Below are positions 41,096 through 53,076 of a DNA stretch of 64,000 nucleotides, one piece after another. The stretch lies in IMG/VR virus record IMGVR_UViG_3300037760_000114, positions 32,001 to 96,000 of that record, one strand, 5' to 3'. Each line of letters begins with the position of its first letter. Position 1 is the first letter of the stretch. The notes under the pieces were generated by a model. That model did not search any database, was not told where the DNA came from, and saw only the letters and a program-made list of their open reading frames with translations. A program made the position numbers and the translations under genes. Source of the DNA: a virus.

Positions 41096-42436
41096 CAGTT
41101 GCTCGCCTCCCTCAGAATCTCCAGCGCGTCGTACTCGGCTTGCGCCCAGCTGTCCACCACGCGCCGGTTGCCGCCCACGGGCCGCACCTCCCACGCCCCC
41201 GGCACATCCCGGGAGGGCACCACGTACACGACACAGCGCATCAGCCCGTCGCGGAGGATGCGGTAGTGCACGGCGGTCGGGTTGCTGTACCGGCGCACCG
41301 CCAGCGGCGGACGCTCCACAGTCGAGGCGGTCATGCGGCACCCCCGTATCGCACCCGGCTCCGGCGCCGCTCCCGGACCTCATCCAGGCTGGTGGTTTCA
41401 CCGAGGCCGATCAGCAACTCACGAAACTCGTCGCTGTGCGTCTCGATCAGTAGGGCGATCGCCCGCAGTTCTTCCAGTAGCTGCGGCGAACCGGGTGCCC
41501 CGTAGCCGACCTCCCTGCGCATCGCGGCTACGGGGTCCTGCTCCCAGGCGGGATGCCGGCTGGCGGTCTGCCAGCAGGTGATGCAGGAGGTCATCGCCGA
41601 GCGGGTCTTGCCCTGCGCTGTGACCTTCGCCGTGAACTCGTCGCGGGTCAGAACCCGGCCGATGTCGTTGGTGGGTCGGCCGCATTCGGTCAGTGCTGCC
41701 GCATCCCGCCACGGCGGTACCGGGCGTAGCACGTGGTCCACCGGCTCCGATGCGGTCACCGGGTCACCTCCGGGCAGGTCACATCACGCCCGCCCGCCTG
41801 CCAGCCGGCGAGCATCTGGTCAGTGGTCACAGCCAGCGCCGGCAGTCCGCCGTACTGGCGCACATCGGCGGCCAACTGCCGCACCAGGCCAGCGGCCACG
41901 TGCTGCTGAAGGTCATCGTCGATCAGCACCCACGGCCCGTTCTCGACCCAGCCGACCGTGATGTCGTCCAGGGCGATCAGTCGCTCCCGCCGCTCAGCCC
42001 GCATCCGGCGGACCTCCACAACCTCCGCCGTCGTAGCGGCGAGGGACAGCGCCAGCGCTGTCAGGGCGATGATCAGCCCGGTCACGACTGCTCACCCCTC
42101 GGGGTGAGGTGCACCAGCTCCACGGTCCAGCCACGCCACTGGCCGGTCAGCTCGTGGAAGACCTTGTCCAGCCGGCGCGGCTTGCGATCCTTCGACTTCC
42201 AGCCCTCGGCGCCGTGGTGAGTCCACCACTTCTGCCACCGGTCGCGGTCGTCCATGTCGTCAACATGGAGCTTGATTTGGTGGTCGTAGTCGCGCGGGTA
42301 GACGATGTAGCTGATCGGCTGCGGTAGCCCTTCCACGCGGGCGGCTGCGAGCATCCGCGCCACCACCGCATCGGTAGCTGTGGCCGGTTCGGTGTCCGGC
42401 AGGCTGTCCGGGATCATCCCGGCGCAGGTGCGGGTG

Positions 42437-42661
42437 TCAGGCATGGTGGTCACGTCCCTTCGGGGGTTGAGTTGGGGTCGCCAGCGGGCGGCGTCGGCCA
42501 CGGCAGGGTCGGCCAGGGTTGGGCTGGCACCGTCCGGCACGCCACCGGTAGACGGTGGAGGCAGCGACGGACAGGTCGTCGGCGAGCTGGGCGACGGTCC
42601 AGCCGGCGTCGCGGATAGCCCGGACCGCTGCCCGTATGTCGCTGCCGGTCGCGGTAGTCAC
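42437..42661 (-). CDS. XRE-like HTH protein
   Basis: GWTVAQLADDLSVAASTVYRWRAG..P. Confidence 0.65.
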   Translation of the reverse strand: MTTATGSDIRAAVRAIRDAGWTVAQLADDLSVAASTVYRWRAGRCQPNPGRPCRGRRRPLATPTQPPKGRDHHA

Positions 42662-42893
42662 CGCTGACCTGCTTCCGGCTGACTGCCGCACCAGGTGCAG
42701 TAGCGCTGCCCTGGCTCGGTGGGGTCCCCACACGGCTGGTGGACCCACTCGCCACGGACGATCCCGACGGGCCACACCATCGGACAGGTGTCGGCGGGCT
42801 GGCTGGTGGCCGGGGTGTCGGTGCTGTTCGTGCTGTGGCCCATGCGACTCGTCTCCCTGGTAGTGGACGCCCTCACGTTCACTACTGTAGCAT

Positions 42894-42905
42894 GTCCTAT
42901 AGGAC
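42894..42905. promoter_or_regulatory. Palindromic operator GTCCTATAGGAC in a divergent promoter region
   Basis: Perfect 12-bp palindrome upstream of the minus-strand -10 TACAGT in AT-rich intergenic DNA. Confidence 0.5.
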
Positions 42906-43011
42906 TTGCACTAGTTAGTCCCCTACCAACTACCCGAGTAGGTGCTACATGGCAGCCGTTGCTATAGCAGGTGCCACCGAAAGTCCTAGTGCAGAGCGGT
43001 ACGATCCGCTG

Positions 43012-43200
43012 ATGGCGACCAAGACGGAGCTGATGGGCATCGAGGCGGCGCGGCTCCCGCTCGGGAAGCGGTCCGCGCTCGCAAAGGAAGAGGGTGTGCA
43101 TACGGTGCTCACCCGCTTCGGACAGCCGGAGACCGTGCTGGTGCCGATGGAGTGGTATCGGCAAGCCCGGGAAAAGCTCGGCGAGCCCACGGACCTGTAG
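43012..43200 (+). CDS. Phd/YefM-like protein
   Basis: MGIEAARLPLG...TVLTRFGQPETVLVPMEWY; leaderless start after TACGAT. Confidence 0.65.
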   Translation: MATKTELMGIEAARLPLGKRSALAKEEGVHTVLTRFGQPETVLVPMEWYRQAREKLGEPTDL

Positions 43201-43662
43201 ATGGCGCACACCCGGCCAGGAGGACGGTCCTGCACACACCGCAGATACAGAATGACCTGCGACGAGTACGACGAACTCCGGGCGCGAGCGGATGGCCGCT
43301 GCGAACTCTGCGGCATCCCGGAGCAAGACACACCTCACCGCGTCCTGTTCCTTGACCACGATGCCCCTGTAGGCGACTACGCCGTTCGGGGACTGCTGTG
43401 CAATACCTGCAACAGCGGGCTGCATCTGCCCAGCCGGCAAGGGCCAGCAGTTGACCGGTACCTGACAAACGCCTGGTACCTCACCAGCCCTCGCCGGGCG
43501 GCGCGTGTGCAGGTGGAAGCGGAGCGCGAGAAGCGGCGCGCGGGGCGCCTGGCGTCGCTGGATGCCGCGACTGCCGAGTATCGGGCGACCTCCGCCAGGC
43601 TCGGTGAGGCACGAGCACGACTGAAGTCCACGCGGGAGGCACTGGGTCGCGCTAGGCGATGA
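43201..43662 (+). CDS. Endonuclease VII-like (HNH) protein
   Basis: CELCG, LDHD, VRGLLCNTCNSGL. Confidence 0.8.
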   Translation: MAHTRPGGRSCTHRRYRMTCDEYDELRARADGRCELCGIPEQDTPHRVLFLDHDAPVGDYAVRGLLCNTCNSGLHLPSRQGPAVDRYLTNAWYLTSPRRAARVQVEAEREKRRAGRLASLDAATAEYRATSARLGEARARLKSTREALGRARR

Positions 43663-43674
43663 CTGCGCGGCCAC

Positions 43675-44295
43675 CTACGCCACCCCCAGCGACCGGAGAT
43701 CGGCCAGCATGGCGGCAGCGTTTCCACGCCGATCCAGAACCGGCTCCGGTGCCCCCTCAGCCAGGGGTCTGATCCGGCGTACGTGCTCGGGTCGCCACGC
43801 CACCCCGATCACCTGGCCGGCCGGGTCGGTGGCCACCTGATAGCCGGTGATCCACAGGGCGTAGTAGTGCTCGGCCGCCTGTCCTACCCGGTGCTGACTG
43901 TCGGGGCTGTCCATCCATCCGGCGCAGTTGCAGCCGGCCACGTTGCAGGACAGGCCACCCACATCAACGGGACTGCTGCGGTAGTGGGTCATCCGCCCGG
44001 CCAGCATGGGGCACGCACCCGCTGAATACCTGGCGCACTCCGGATGCAGAGCCGGTTCGGCCGTCCACCCGGCGTCGAGGTCCCGTTGCCGCACCATCAC
44101 CACCGCCGGGGAGGTCAGCGGCTCGGCGTCGATCTGACACAGCCGCTGCTGCACGCAGCGACGCATCCGCGAGTTGTGCACCGCCCCGAGTACGTGCCGA
44201 CCGTCGCCGGACTCGATCGAGATGTACGGCACCACTACGCCGCCGACGGTGGGGCGGGCGGCGAGTCGGGTCGGGATCGGCGGAGTCTCAGCCAC
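43675..44295 (-). CDS. Hypothetical Cys/His-rich protein
   Basis: GGVVVPY, LCQI, EPALHPECARYS..ACPML. Confidence 0.55.
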   Translation of the reverse strand: MAETPPIPTRLAARPTVGGVVVPYISIESGDGRHVLGAVHNSRMRRCVQQRLCQIDAEPLTSPAVVMVRQRDLDAGWTAEPALHPECARYSAGACPMLAGRMTHYRSSPVDVGGLSCNVAGCNCAGWMDSPDSQHRVGQAAEHYYALWITGYQVATDPAGQVIGVAWRPEHVRRIRPLAEGAPEPVLDRRGNAAAMLADLRSLGVA

Positions 44296-47200
44296 CTACA
44301 CCACCCCCCGGTCGCGGAGGGCGTAGTCGAGGGTGTTCTGGTCGTCTTCGTCTACGGCGGTCAGCGGATCCTCGGCGTAGACGAGCAGCACCTCCCGCGC
44401 CCGGGTGATGTCCGCCGGGCCGATCAGCTTGGTTTCGCCGTACAGCAACACCTCGAACAAGCGGCCGTCGGTGCCGTGCACCCACTGCGGCAGGCAGCGG
44501 ATCAGGCAGTCCTCGAAACCGCCCCCGTCCCGGTAGCTGCCGGAGGCGATCCACAACGTCCCGCCGTCGGCCACCGTCCACGGCTTAGTGGCCGCGGTCT
44601 CCAGGTCGATCAGGTCAGCCATCGGAGCCGCCGCCCTTGCGCCGGTTCTTCCACGGGTCCGGCGCCGCCTGCCGCTGCCACCCGTCTGTGCATTTCGGGC
44701 ACACGTCGCTGACCGACTTCGACTCGCCCCCGCCCATGCGGACCTTCTCGGGGAACCGCCAGCCTTCGCTGTAGGCAGCCGCCCGGGCCTCGATCACCGA
44801 GGCGTACTGGATGTCCATCCCGTACTGCTGGCTACAGCCGTCGCAGACCAAGGTGTGGAAGCTGACCGTACGGGTGGCCATCAGCTGTCACCACCGATCA
44901 GCGGCTCCTGACCCGGCAGCGGTACGGCGGTCGACGGGCAGCCGTCGGCGTGCCTCGGCCCATCCTCAGACTCGGCCTGCTCCTCCCACCGGGCCATCCA
45001 CAGCCCGCATGCGGAACACTGCTCATGCCGCACGCACTCGCCGCACACCAGCGGCCGGCCCGGATACCGATTGATCCGCCAACCGTCGGTGTCGTCCTCG
45101 TCCAGGTTCGGGATGAACTCGCCGAGCTTCGCCAGGTGCTCCACCGGAAACGCGACCGGCTGCTCGGACTCGAAGTCCAGGTACGGCTCCTGACATTCGG
45201 AACAGTGCACCGTCCATAGCAGCACCGGCCGGGCATCCATCAGCGGCGGTGGGTCGCCGCCGGCCAGCTCCCGCAGCCCCACGGCGGCGAAGTGGCCCAT
45301 CGGCACGGACGGAGCCGGCTTCTGCCACGACCACGCATCGGGTGGGTTGTCGTCCCGCATCGCCTGCGCCATGCGGGTGATCGCCGCGACTCGCGTCTCC
45401 CGCTTGCTTTCGTCGCTCATCGACGGGCCTCCCATTCGTCTGGAGTCGGTTGCCGGCTGCGGTAGATGCCGCTTCCGCTGGTGCGCACCGGCTGCGTATG
45501 CCTCACCGGCGACCGCCGCTGCTTGTGCCGTCCGCCGAGCCGGGTCATCAGCACCGTGGAGGGTTCGGCTATCGCCGCTGGGGCGAGGCGGCCACGGCGC
45601 TGCCTGCGCTCGGCCCGCAGCGCCAACCCCAGCAGGGTCAGGGACAGGGCGGCCAGGATGCCGACGCCACCCCACTGCATCACCGGCACCCAGTGGTGCT
45701 GCAGGAAGCTCAGCACCGGTCCACCTCCGCGAGGTCGAACAGCGCCGGCTGAGAGTTGTCGCTGCGGCTGCGGGGGTGCGGATGGCACAGGCACGCCGCT
45801 GCGGACAGGTTCGGCTGTCCGTCCGGTTGCAGGGCGCCCCAATGCTCGGCCCACGTCCGCCCGTCGTCCGTCAGTCCCCACAGGATCGTGTTGCCGAGGC
45901 TGCCGATGACGTGACCACGCCAGCCGTAGCCGGCCGGCCAGGTTCGCGGGTAGCCGCCGTAGCCGTGCTGGCATACCCAGTCACCGGCCTGGTACGGGCT
46001 GCGCGGCGGTACCGGGCCGACCGCGACGGTCAACGCCACGGTGCCGTCGGGCGCCCACACGATGTGGTCGGCGTAGTGGCCCGCCGCGGGGCGTAGGACT
46101 GCTGTGGTCACGGCACGCAGCCGATCCACGGTGCGGTGGCTACCGGGGTGCGTTTCGCGGGCCGCAGCAGGTCGCGCCAGTCCGAGCGCAGCCGCAGGCT
46201 CGCCACGGTCTGCGGACGGGCCACGGGTTTCGCTGCGGCGCGTAGCTCGGCGGCCCAGGTGTTGACCCGCCGCTCGGCGATCTCACTCCAGGAGCGGCAG
46301 CCGCGTCGCCAGGCGGCGTGTCCACCGCTTTCGGTGGCTAGCGGCGGGGCGGTGGCCTCCCGACGGCTACGGAGCCGCCGCCACGCCACGGTGCCGTGGT
46401 GCTCCACCGTGATCGCCCACGCCCGTGCCGCATCCGGCACAGCCGCCAGCCAGGCGGGGGTCTGCCGCAGCATCACCACCGCGCTGCCGAAGGCGGCTGC
46501 GGCGACCGTGGCCACCCACACGGTCCGCCGTCGCCAGTCCAGCACCTGCCACGTGCTGTAGCGCCGCAGCATCCGGATCGGCCGTTTCAGCACCGCCGGT
46601 AGGGGTGCCCGCCACGGCCCAAGCTCAGGAAGCGGCTCCCCCCGCAGATGCGCCCACGGGAACCGGTGCACGGGTGGGTGGGTGTCGGTGTCGTCGCGGC
46701 GGCGTTCGGCCCGTTGGGTGACCGCCTCCGGTTGCTCCACCGGGTCGTCGGTGGCCGCGAACACGTCGTACGGGTCTCCGGAGTCGTCCCAGTCGGCCTG
46801 CTCCGGACCCATGCCGGTCAGCTCCCCGCGTGCCGTCACCGACTCGCGGGCGGCCACGGCCTCCGGCGTCCCCAGCGATGACGCTTCGATGAGCGTGTCC
46901 GTGCCCCGGACGGCGGCCAGCGCCAGAGCAGCGTCGGCACGCACCGGCCGGTACGGCTCGGGCTCGGGCAGTCCTTCGTCGCGGGTGGGTAGGTCGCTAC
47001 CGGCCACGGTGACCGGTGTGGCGCCCATCGCCACACGGCCGATCGCGGCGAGGGACTCCCGCTGGACCCGAAGGCGGTTGGCGTCCCACTGCTGCTGCCG
47101 GTGGGTCAGCCACCGCTCCCGCTCCTGGTGCCACCGCACCAGCAGCGCACCAACGGCGCCGCTGACCACCGCGACGGCCACCATCAGCCACACCAGCACA

Positions 47201-47895
47201 GCAACGGACATGGTCACAGTCATCGGTCGTCGTCCTCCTGGGTCCGTGGTATCGGGTACCTGCCGCGTAGCCACTCATCGCCCCATCGGTCCACATCGGC
47301 GAGTTGGTCTGCGATGGCGGCGAACTGGGTCGCCCACGGCGGGTCTGTCTGCTGCCACGGCACCGGTCGTTGCAGCGCTGCGTAGCCGGGGTCGGCGGGC
47401 TCCCGCTGCCCGTCGTCGACCAGCTGCCACGCCGCCCGCCACGCAGCCGCCCATTGGGGCCACACGACCGTCAGGAACCGCACCAGCACCAACGCCAGCG
47501 CCACGGTGGCCACCCACCCCAGCGCGGTCACCGCGCACCACCGAGGCAGGCGGGGCAGAGGGTCCCGGACAGCATCCGCAGCGTCCCGGCGGCGATCCGC
47601 CACCCGGTGTCCTGCCCACACACGGCGGTGCGACGGTCGCGGGTCAGGTGCCCGATTTCCCCGATGGCCACATGGAGCACGAGCACGTCGTCGGTGCCGT
47701 CGAGGTCCGCCAGGGAGCGCACCGTGGGCGGGGCCGGGAACAGGGCGGCCAGCCACGGCTCCCGCATCACCTCTTCGACCACCATCGCCAGGTGCAGCAC
47801 ACCGGCGTAGTGGTCGGCCCGCCGCAGTGCGGTCACCTCGTCGGCGAAGCAGCCGTAGTGCCGGATCGGGGCGTCGCGGGTGTGCACGTCGAACA

Positions 47896-50394
47896 TCACG
47901 CCACCGCCGCGAGGTCGAACAACGTTGGCATCGCCAGCTCAGCCTCGGCGGCCTGGAGATACTTAACCCCGTCGAGGAAGTAGCCCGGGTTCAACTCCAC
48001 AGACCGCCCCTGCCGACCCAGCTTCAGTGCCCGAACCGGCACCGTGAACAGCCCGCCGAACGGGTCGTAAACCAGGTCTCCCTCGTTGCTGTACCGGCGG
48101 ATCAGCCGGTCCACAATGTCGAACTGCAACGGACATACATGCATCGCCTGCGCCCGGCGTGACTGCTCCGTGTTGAGGGTCAGCATCCGGTTGATGTCGT
48201 GCCACACGTCGGGGTGATGCGATCCCGGAGCGAGTGCCATGAACGTGGCCGGCAGCGCCCCACGACCCTCCAAGGCCTCGCCGATGCGGACGTGCGCCTC
48301 GTAGTCGTAGACCTGCCGCAAGGTCTGCTCGGTGAACAGCCGGGACATCTGGTCGTGTGGCAGCGTGGCCAACTCTTCCGGTGTCAGGTGTCGCTCACCC
48401 GAGGAGCGCCAGAAGGCGTGCGCGTCGACCTGCCACCGAGAGCGGGTGTACTCCTGCTTCGACTTCGCCACCGGCACATCGGCGTAGCCCTTGGTCCGAT
48501 CGGTCTGCGGCTTGTGGAACAGCAGGATGTACTCGGGTGAGCCGGCGCCCATCTTGGTTGCGTCCTTGCACTGCTCCGACCAGCCCAGCCGATACGTCTG
48601 GTTGTTCTCCCTAACCACATCGGTAACGACCGTGATCATGCCCATGTAGTCGAAGCCGTGCTTACGACTATGGGCGATCGCCTCCGCGTGGAACGGCGAT
48701 ACCGTAGGCACTCCAGCGCCGGTCACGTTGCCGAACAGGATGCGGTCCTTGACGTGGCAGCAGTAGATGCGCCCCGGTCGTAGCACCCGCAGCAGCTCGG
48801 GCGTCAGATAGTCCATCTGAGTCCAGAAGTGCTGGTTGTCGTCGGTGTGCCCGAAGTCCTCGTACTGCGGGGTGTACTCGTAGTGGTTGGCGAACGGGAT
48901 CGACGTGACGATCAAGTCGACCGATTCGCTGTCCATCGCCTGCGTCTCAATCACGCAGTCGTTGTTGGCGACCAGCCACCCCGCGCCGGACGCTTCGATG
49001 CGCTCCACGCCGATCGAGCGGGTCAGCGCCTCGGTGATGCCCCGCTGATCAAGCCCGTACTCACGGATGACCTCGGTCATCTTCGTCGTCAACTCCTCAT
49101 GCTGTGCCCACTTGCGGCGCAGGGTCCGCACCACTTCCCGCTCGGACTCGGCGTGGATGATGTCGATGCGCACCCGCTCCGTCTGTAGAAACCTGTGGAT
49201 GCGGTGGACGGCCTGTACGAAGTCGTTGAACGAGTACGTGACCCCGACGAAGATCGCCCGGTGGCAGTGCCGTTGGAAGTTGCAGCCGGACCCGGACAGC
49301 TCGGGCTTGGTGGCCAGCAGGCGACTTTCTCCGTCAGAGAAGTCGATGATCCGCTGCTCTCGGAGGTCAAGGTCCAGCGAGCCGTACACCTCAACCGCTT
49401 CCGGCAAAGCGCGCTTGATCGCGCGGCGCTCATCCTCCAGGTCGTGCCACAGGATGAAGTGGTCACCTGGTGAGGCGTTGACGATCTCGGCCGCCTTCGC
49501 GACCCGCGCGTCCAACGTGCTCCGCTTCTCCCGCGCCGCGTCGATCACGCCCAGAGCGGCGCCCCGGAACAGGTGGCCCTGACCGTCGCGGTCCACCGGT
49601 GATTCTGAGTGGTCCACCGGGATCTCGTGGTAGATCACCTCGATCTCCGGCAGGTCATAGCCTGTGTCGTCGTACCCGAGGTCGGAGGGCTTCTGTAGGA
49701 ACACCGCCCAGGTGTTCAGCCACAGCCAGAACTCCCGTTCCTTATGCGGGTACAGGGTCAGGTGATTGGCCTTCGTGGAGTCGCGCTGGAAGAACCGCGT
49801 CAAGGCTTGTCCGGTGTCCATCACGCCCAGGTAGCCGGCGTAGTGGATCAGCTCCTTGTGCCGGTTCGGCGACGGGGTTGCGGTGGCCACGAAGCGGTAC
49901 TTCACCGCGTCGAACAGCGTCAGGAACGTCTGGTAGGTCTTCGATCCGAACGACCGCAGCACCGACGCCTCGTCGAGGCTCACGGCGTCGAACAGTGCCG
50001 GGTCCAGCCGGCCGTCCCGCACCGACTCGTAGTTGGTCAGGTAGATGCCCGGCCCGTCAACGTCACGGTCCCACCGAACGAACGTCACCTGCGTGCCGAG
50101 CATCCCGGCATCACGGGCGAACTCCTGCCGCACCCCCAACGGGCACACGATCAGGGCCTTGCCGCCGATCCGCGCCAGAATCAGGCGCATGATCTCCAGT
50201 TGAATCACCGATTTGCCGAGACCGAACGCGGCAAAGACTGCCCGCCGGCCGCCCCGGATCGCCCATTGGACAATGGCACGCTGGTGCGGCTTGAGGATCG
50301 GGTGAACGTCACCAGCCGCCACGGCGAAGCCGAACGTCTGGCTGAAGTCGACCTTGGCAGCCAGGAACTCGGCGTAGCTGGTGGTGACGCTCAT
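47896..50394 (-). CDS. SNF2-like helicase / N4-N6 DNA methyltransferase fusion
   Basis: FGLGKS, LDEAS, TATPSPN, QAVHRIHRF followed by TSIPF and VYDPFGG. Confidence 0.9.
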   Translation of the reverse strand: MSVTTSYAEFLAAKVDFSQTFGFAVAAGDVHPILKPHQRAIVQWAIRGGRRAVFAAFGLGKSVIQLEIMRLILARIGGKALIVCPLGVRQEFARDAGMLGTQVTFVRWDRDVDGPGIYLTNYESVRDGRLDPALFDAVSLDEASVLRSFGSKTYQTFLTLFDAVKYRFVATATPSPNRHKELIHYAGYLGVMDTGQALTRFFQRDSTKANHLTLYPHKEREFWLWLNTWAVFLQKPSDLGYDDTGYDLPEIEVIYHEIPVDHSESPVDRDGQGHLFRGAALGVIDAAREKRSTLDARVAKAAEIVNASPGDHFILWHDLEDERRAIKRALPEAVEVYGSLDLDLREQRIIDFSDGESRLLATKPELSGSGCNFQRHCHRAIFVGVTYSFNDFVQAVHRIHRFLQTERVRIDIIHAESEREVVRTLRRKWAQHEELTTKMTEVIREYGLDQRGITEALTRSIGVERIEASGAGWLVANNDCVIETQAMDSESVDLIVTSIPFANHYEYTPQYEDFGHTDDNQHFWTQMDYLTPELLRVLRPGRIYCCHVKDRILFGNVTGAGVPTVSPFHAEAIAHSRKHGFDYMGMITVVTDVVRENNQTYRLGWSEQCKDATKMGAGSPEYILLFHKPQTDRTKGYADVPVAKSKQEYTRSRWQVDAHAFWRSSGERHLTPEELATLPHDQMSRLFTEQTLRQVYDYEAHVRIGEALEGRGALPATFMALAPGSHHPDVWHDINRMLTLNTEQSRRAQAMHVCPLQFDIVDRLIRRYSNEGDLVYDPFGGLFTVPVRALKLGRQGRSVELNPGYFLDGVKYLQAAEAELAMPTLFDLAAVA

Positions 50395-51799
50395 GACGCC
50401 GCCCCTGCTAGCCGTCGCCACGTGGTTTCCGAGCCGGCCCACCGCAGGTAGCACCCGTACGGGTCGCCGCAGCGGTTCCCACACGGGCACGGCACCGGCG
50501 GGCACCAGGGGCAGCCGGGGATAGGTACCCGGTGCGTCATCCCTCGGGCGTGGGCGTCCGGCTCCGGTGCCTCCCGTAGCTGGTCGACAGCCGCCGGGGT
50601 GCTCACGTCAGCCACCTCCAAAGGGCGGCGATGGCGCCTGCGCAGCACAGGCCGAACAGCACCATGCAGCCGGTGCCTGCGACGGCGGCACCGAGGGACC
50701 GATCCCGTACGTCGTCGCGGCTCACGACTCGGCCCGCCGCTGCTCGATCAGCTGCCGCCACGCGGCGGTCAGCTCGTCGTACTCCTCATCGGCGCTGCGG
50801 GTAGACGCGTTGAACCCGAGCCCTTCCGCAGTCCACTGGCCAGGGACTCGACGGCCAAGGTCGTCCAGCGCTTCGTAGTAGTCGCCGTGCAGCTGGCCCA
50901 GGATGCAGTGGCACGTGGCTTCCAGGTTGAGCCGGTCGAGGTCGATGCGGTCAACCCAGCCGGGCTGATGCTGGTCGAGCCAGGCGGCCCCGGCGTTGAC
51001 CCGCTCGGCGATGCTCGCGGCGCTCACCGGTCGACCTTGGGGTGGATCCAGGCGTCGTCGTCCGGCAGTGGGTCCGGCTGGGTGCGTGCGGCCAGCGACG
51101 CCACCCGTACGGCGATGTCGCGCGGGTCCGGGTCAGGACGGGCAGCCAGCTCCGCCAACTGCCGCCGGTAGTGGTCGAGGACGGCCGGCTTGTCTATCAT
51201 GGATGCCATCGGAATCACTCCTGTCTATGGGGTTCCGGTCAAAATCGCGGCCGGGTGGTGAACACACCTGGCCGCGTCCACGTCTGGGGGCCGGGTGGTG
51301 TGCCCAGGGGGGAAAGGCGCACCACCCGGCCGCCTGTGGTGGTGCCCGACCCGCCCCCGTGACGGGCCGGACACCACAGCCGTCCGCGCACACACCCCAC
51401 CCCCATGCGGTGGGCGCTGGACGACGTTGCCCCGGCCGGGGGTGGTCAGGTGTGGGCTAACCCCACCCGGCCGGAAGTTGGTGGCACCCGCGCCACGCGG
51501 CCCCGGTGCGGGCGCGGGTGCCATGCCGCCGGGCACCAAAGAGGTGGGTGCGCACACAGCGGCAGCCGGCCGGCTGCGAACGGGCAGCGGCCGGAGCATG
51601 GAAAGGGTCCAGTGGACAGCCAGCAACCCGACGGCGGCGGCCAGCTTCAGTACCGCACCGGAGTCCACCGGCCACCAGCGCATCGCACCCAGCAGGGCGG
51701 CACCGGCCAGGACCGCGCCGAGTCCGCCGAGCAGCACGGCGACGGTGGCGGTACTGGGGCGCCACGTGGGGTCGAACGCCCACACAGCCAGACGGCGGA

Positions 51800-52327
51800 T
51801 CATCGGACACCCGCGTACGCGTCGACGGCCAGCCCACACTGCACCTCGCTGGGTGGCTGCCAGCGGTCACCGGCCCGCGCCGCCTGCGGCAGATGGCAGT
51901 GCGCGAACGCCTCCGCGAAGTCTTCGCCACCCGCGTTCCACCACGGGTCGGCGTGCCACCAGCCGTCAACGTCGAGGCCACGCAGCCACGCCCACGCCCC
52001 CCGGTCCAACCCGCCGGCCATGTCCCAGGCGTGGCCCAGCTCGTGCAGCCACGTCCACGTCATGTCGTCGGTGCTGTGGTGCTGCTGCACCGCCAGCGTG
52101 ATCAGGCGGTGGGTGGAGTCGGCGGTGCCGCCATGCTCGGACGCCCCGCACCGGTAGGCGATCAACCATCCGTCGGGCAGCGGCACCGTGCTGGTGGTGG
52201 TCACGTTGACAGCGCGGGCGGTTGCCTGGGCGCAGGACTCGCTGGCGTGGGCGACCGCACCGGCCAGGATGCCGGCACCGGCGAGGATCGCTGCCGCCGC
52301 GACGGTCGCGAGCAGACGCGGGCTCAC
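51800..52327 (-). CDS. Secreted HExxH metallopeptidase-like protein
   Basis: Signal peptide; LHELGHAWD; EDFAEAF. Confidence 0.6.
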   Translation of the reverse strand: MSPRLLATVAAAAILAGAGILAGAVAHASESCAQATARAVNVTTTSTVPLPDGWLIAYRCGASEHGGTADSTHRLITLAVQQHHSTDDMTWTWLHELGHAWDMAGGLDRGAWAWLRGLDVDGWWHADPWWNAGGEDFAEAFAHCHLPQAARAGDRWQPPSEVQCGLAVDAYAGVR

Positions 52328-52475
52328 AACGCACCGCCATACAAATCCTCAACCAGCGGCAGCAGCGGCTTACGCTCCACCACGGGCCGGTCACCGCCGA
52401 GTAGGCCGGTGAGGAACCCGGCCACGCCAGCGGCAAGCGCCAGCACGGCGACGATGGCAGCGAAGCGGCGGCGGG

Positions 52476-53057
52476 TCATGCCGACTCGACATCCCGATCG
52501 TCATCCGCTGCGGCCTGGGGGCCTTCCAGCCGGTCAAGCCGTTCCTGGATCTGCTGGTCCGACTTGAGCAGGTCTTCGATCAGGCTTTCGGTCCGGTCGA
52601 GGCGCCGGGCTGAGTCCTGTACCGCCGAGTGGATGCCGGACAGGATCATCAGCTGCCCCTCGTGGAGGGTCCGCTGAGCCTGGGTCAGTTCGTCGAGGCG
52701 GGCATGCCGCAGCAGTTCGATGCCGCGCTTGAGGTAGGACTGCGCGCGGTCCTTCTTCTGCAACGACACGGGCAGGTGCTCCTCGGAGTGGATGACCCGG
52801 TAGCCCACGTTTTCGACCACTCCGAGGTACCGCCGGTGCTCCCGCAGCAGGGTGGTGTTCGCTGCCCCGACGGCCCGGTACACCCGGTCGCGAGCTACCG
52901 GAGTGTCGAGCCCTTCCTCCAGGGCTTCGATCAGCTCCTTGTAGGTGAAGGTCATGCCGGGTTCGGCGTCGTGGGTCAAGTCGTAGACGACCCGCCGGTC
53001 GCTGCGCCCGTCGTCACGCGACGGCTGAAACGGTGAGCCCGTAAGCGTCTTACTCAT
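52476..53057 (-). CDS. Winged-helix/coiled-coil protein adjacent to the RAMP array
   Basis: TFTYKELIEAL...VENVGYRV, then a long heptad helix; start follows the last pentamer tract. Confidence 0.6.
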   Translation of the reverse strand: MSKTLTGSPFQPSRDDGRSDRRVVYDLTHDAEPGMTFTYKELIEALEEGLDTPVARDRVYRAVGAANTTLLREHRRYLGVVENVGYRVIHSEEHLPVSLQKKDRAQSYLKRGIELLRHARLDELTQAQRTLHEGQLMILSGIHSAVQDSARRLDRTESLIEDLLKSDQQIQERLDRLEGPQAAADDDRDVESA

Positions 53058-53076
53058 CGCTGCCCCCTAGTTGTGT

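Noticed and set aside
50915-50932. Self-target of tract 54579-54660 (LNLEA in ORF 50722-51027)
   Set aside because: Only the first five units match, then the pattern breaks; compatible with chance
164-52567. Long plus-strand ORFs antisense to phage genes (e.g. 4836-5894, 9551-10672, 22385-23806)
   Set aside because: Typical high-GC shadow frames opposite motif-bearing minus-strand genes
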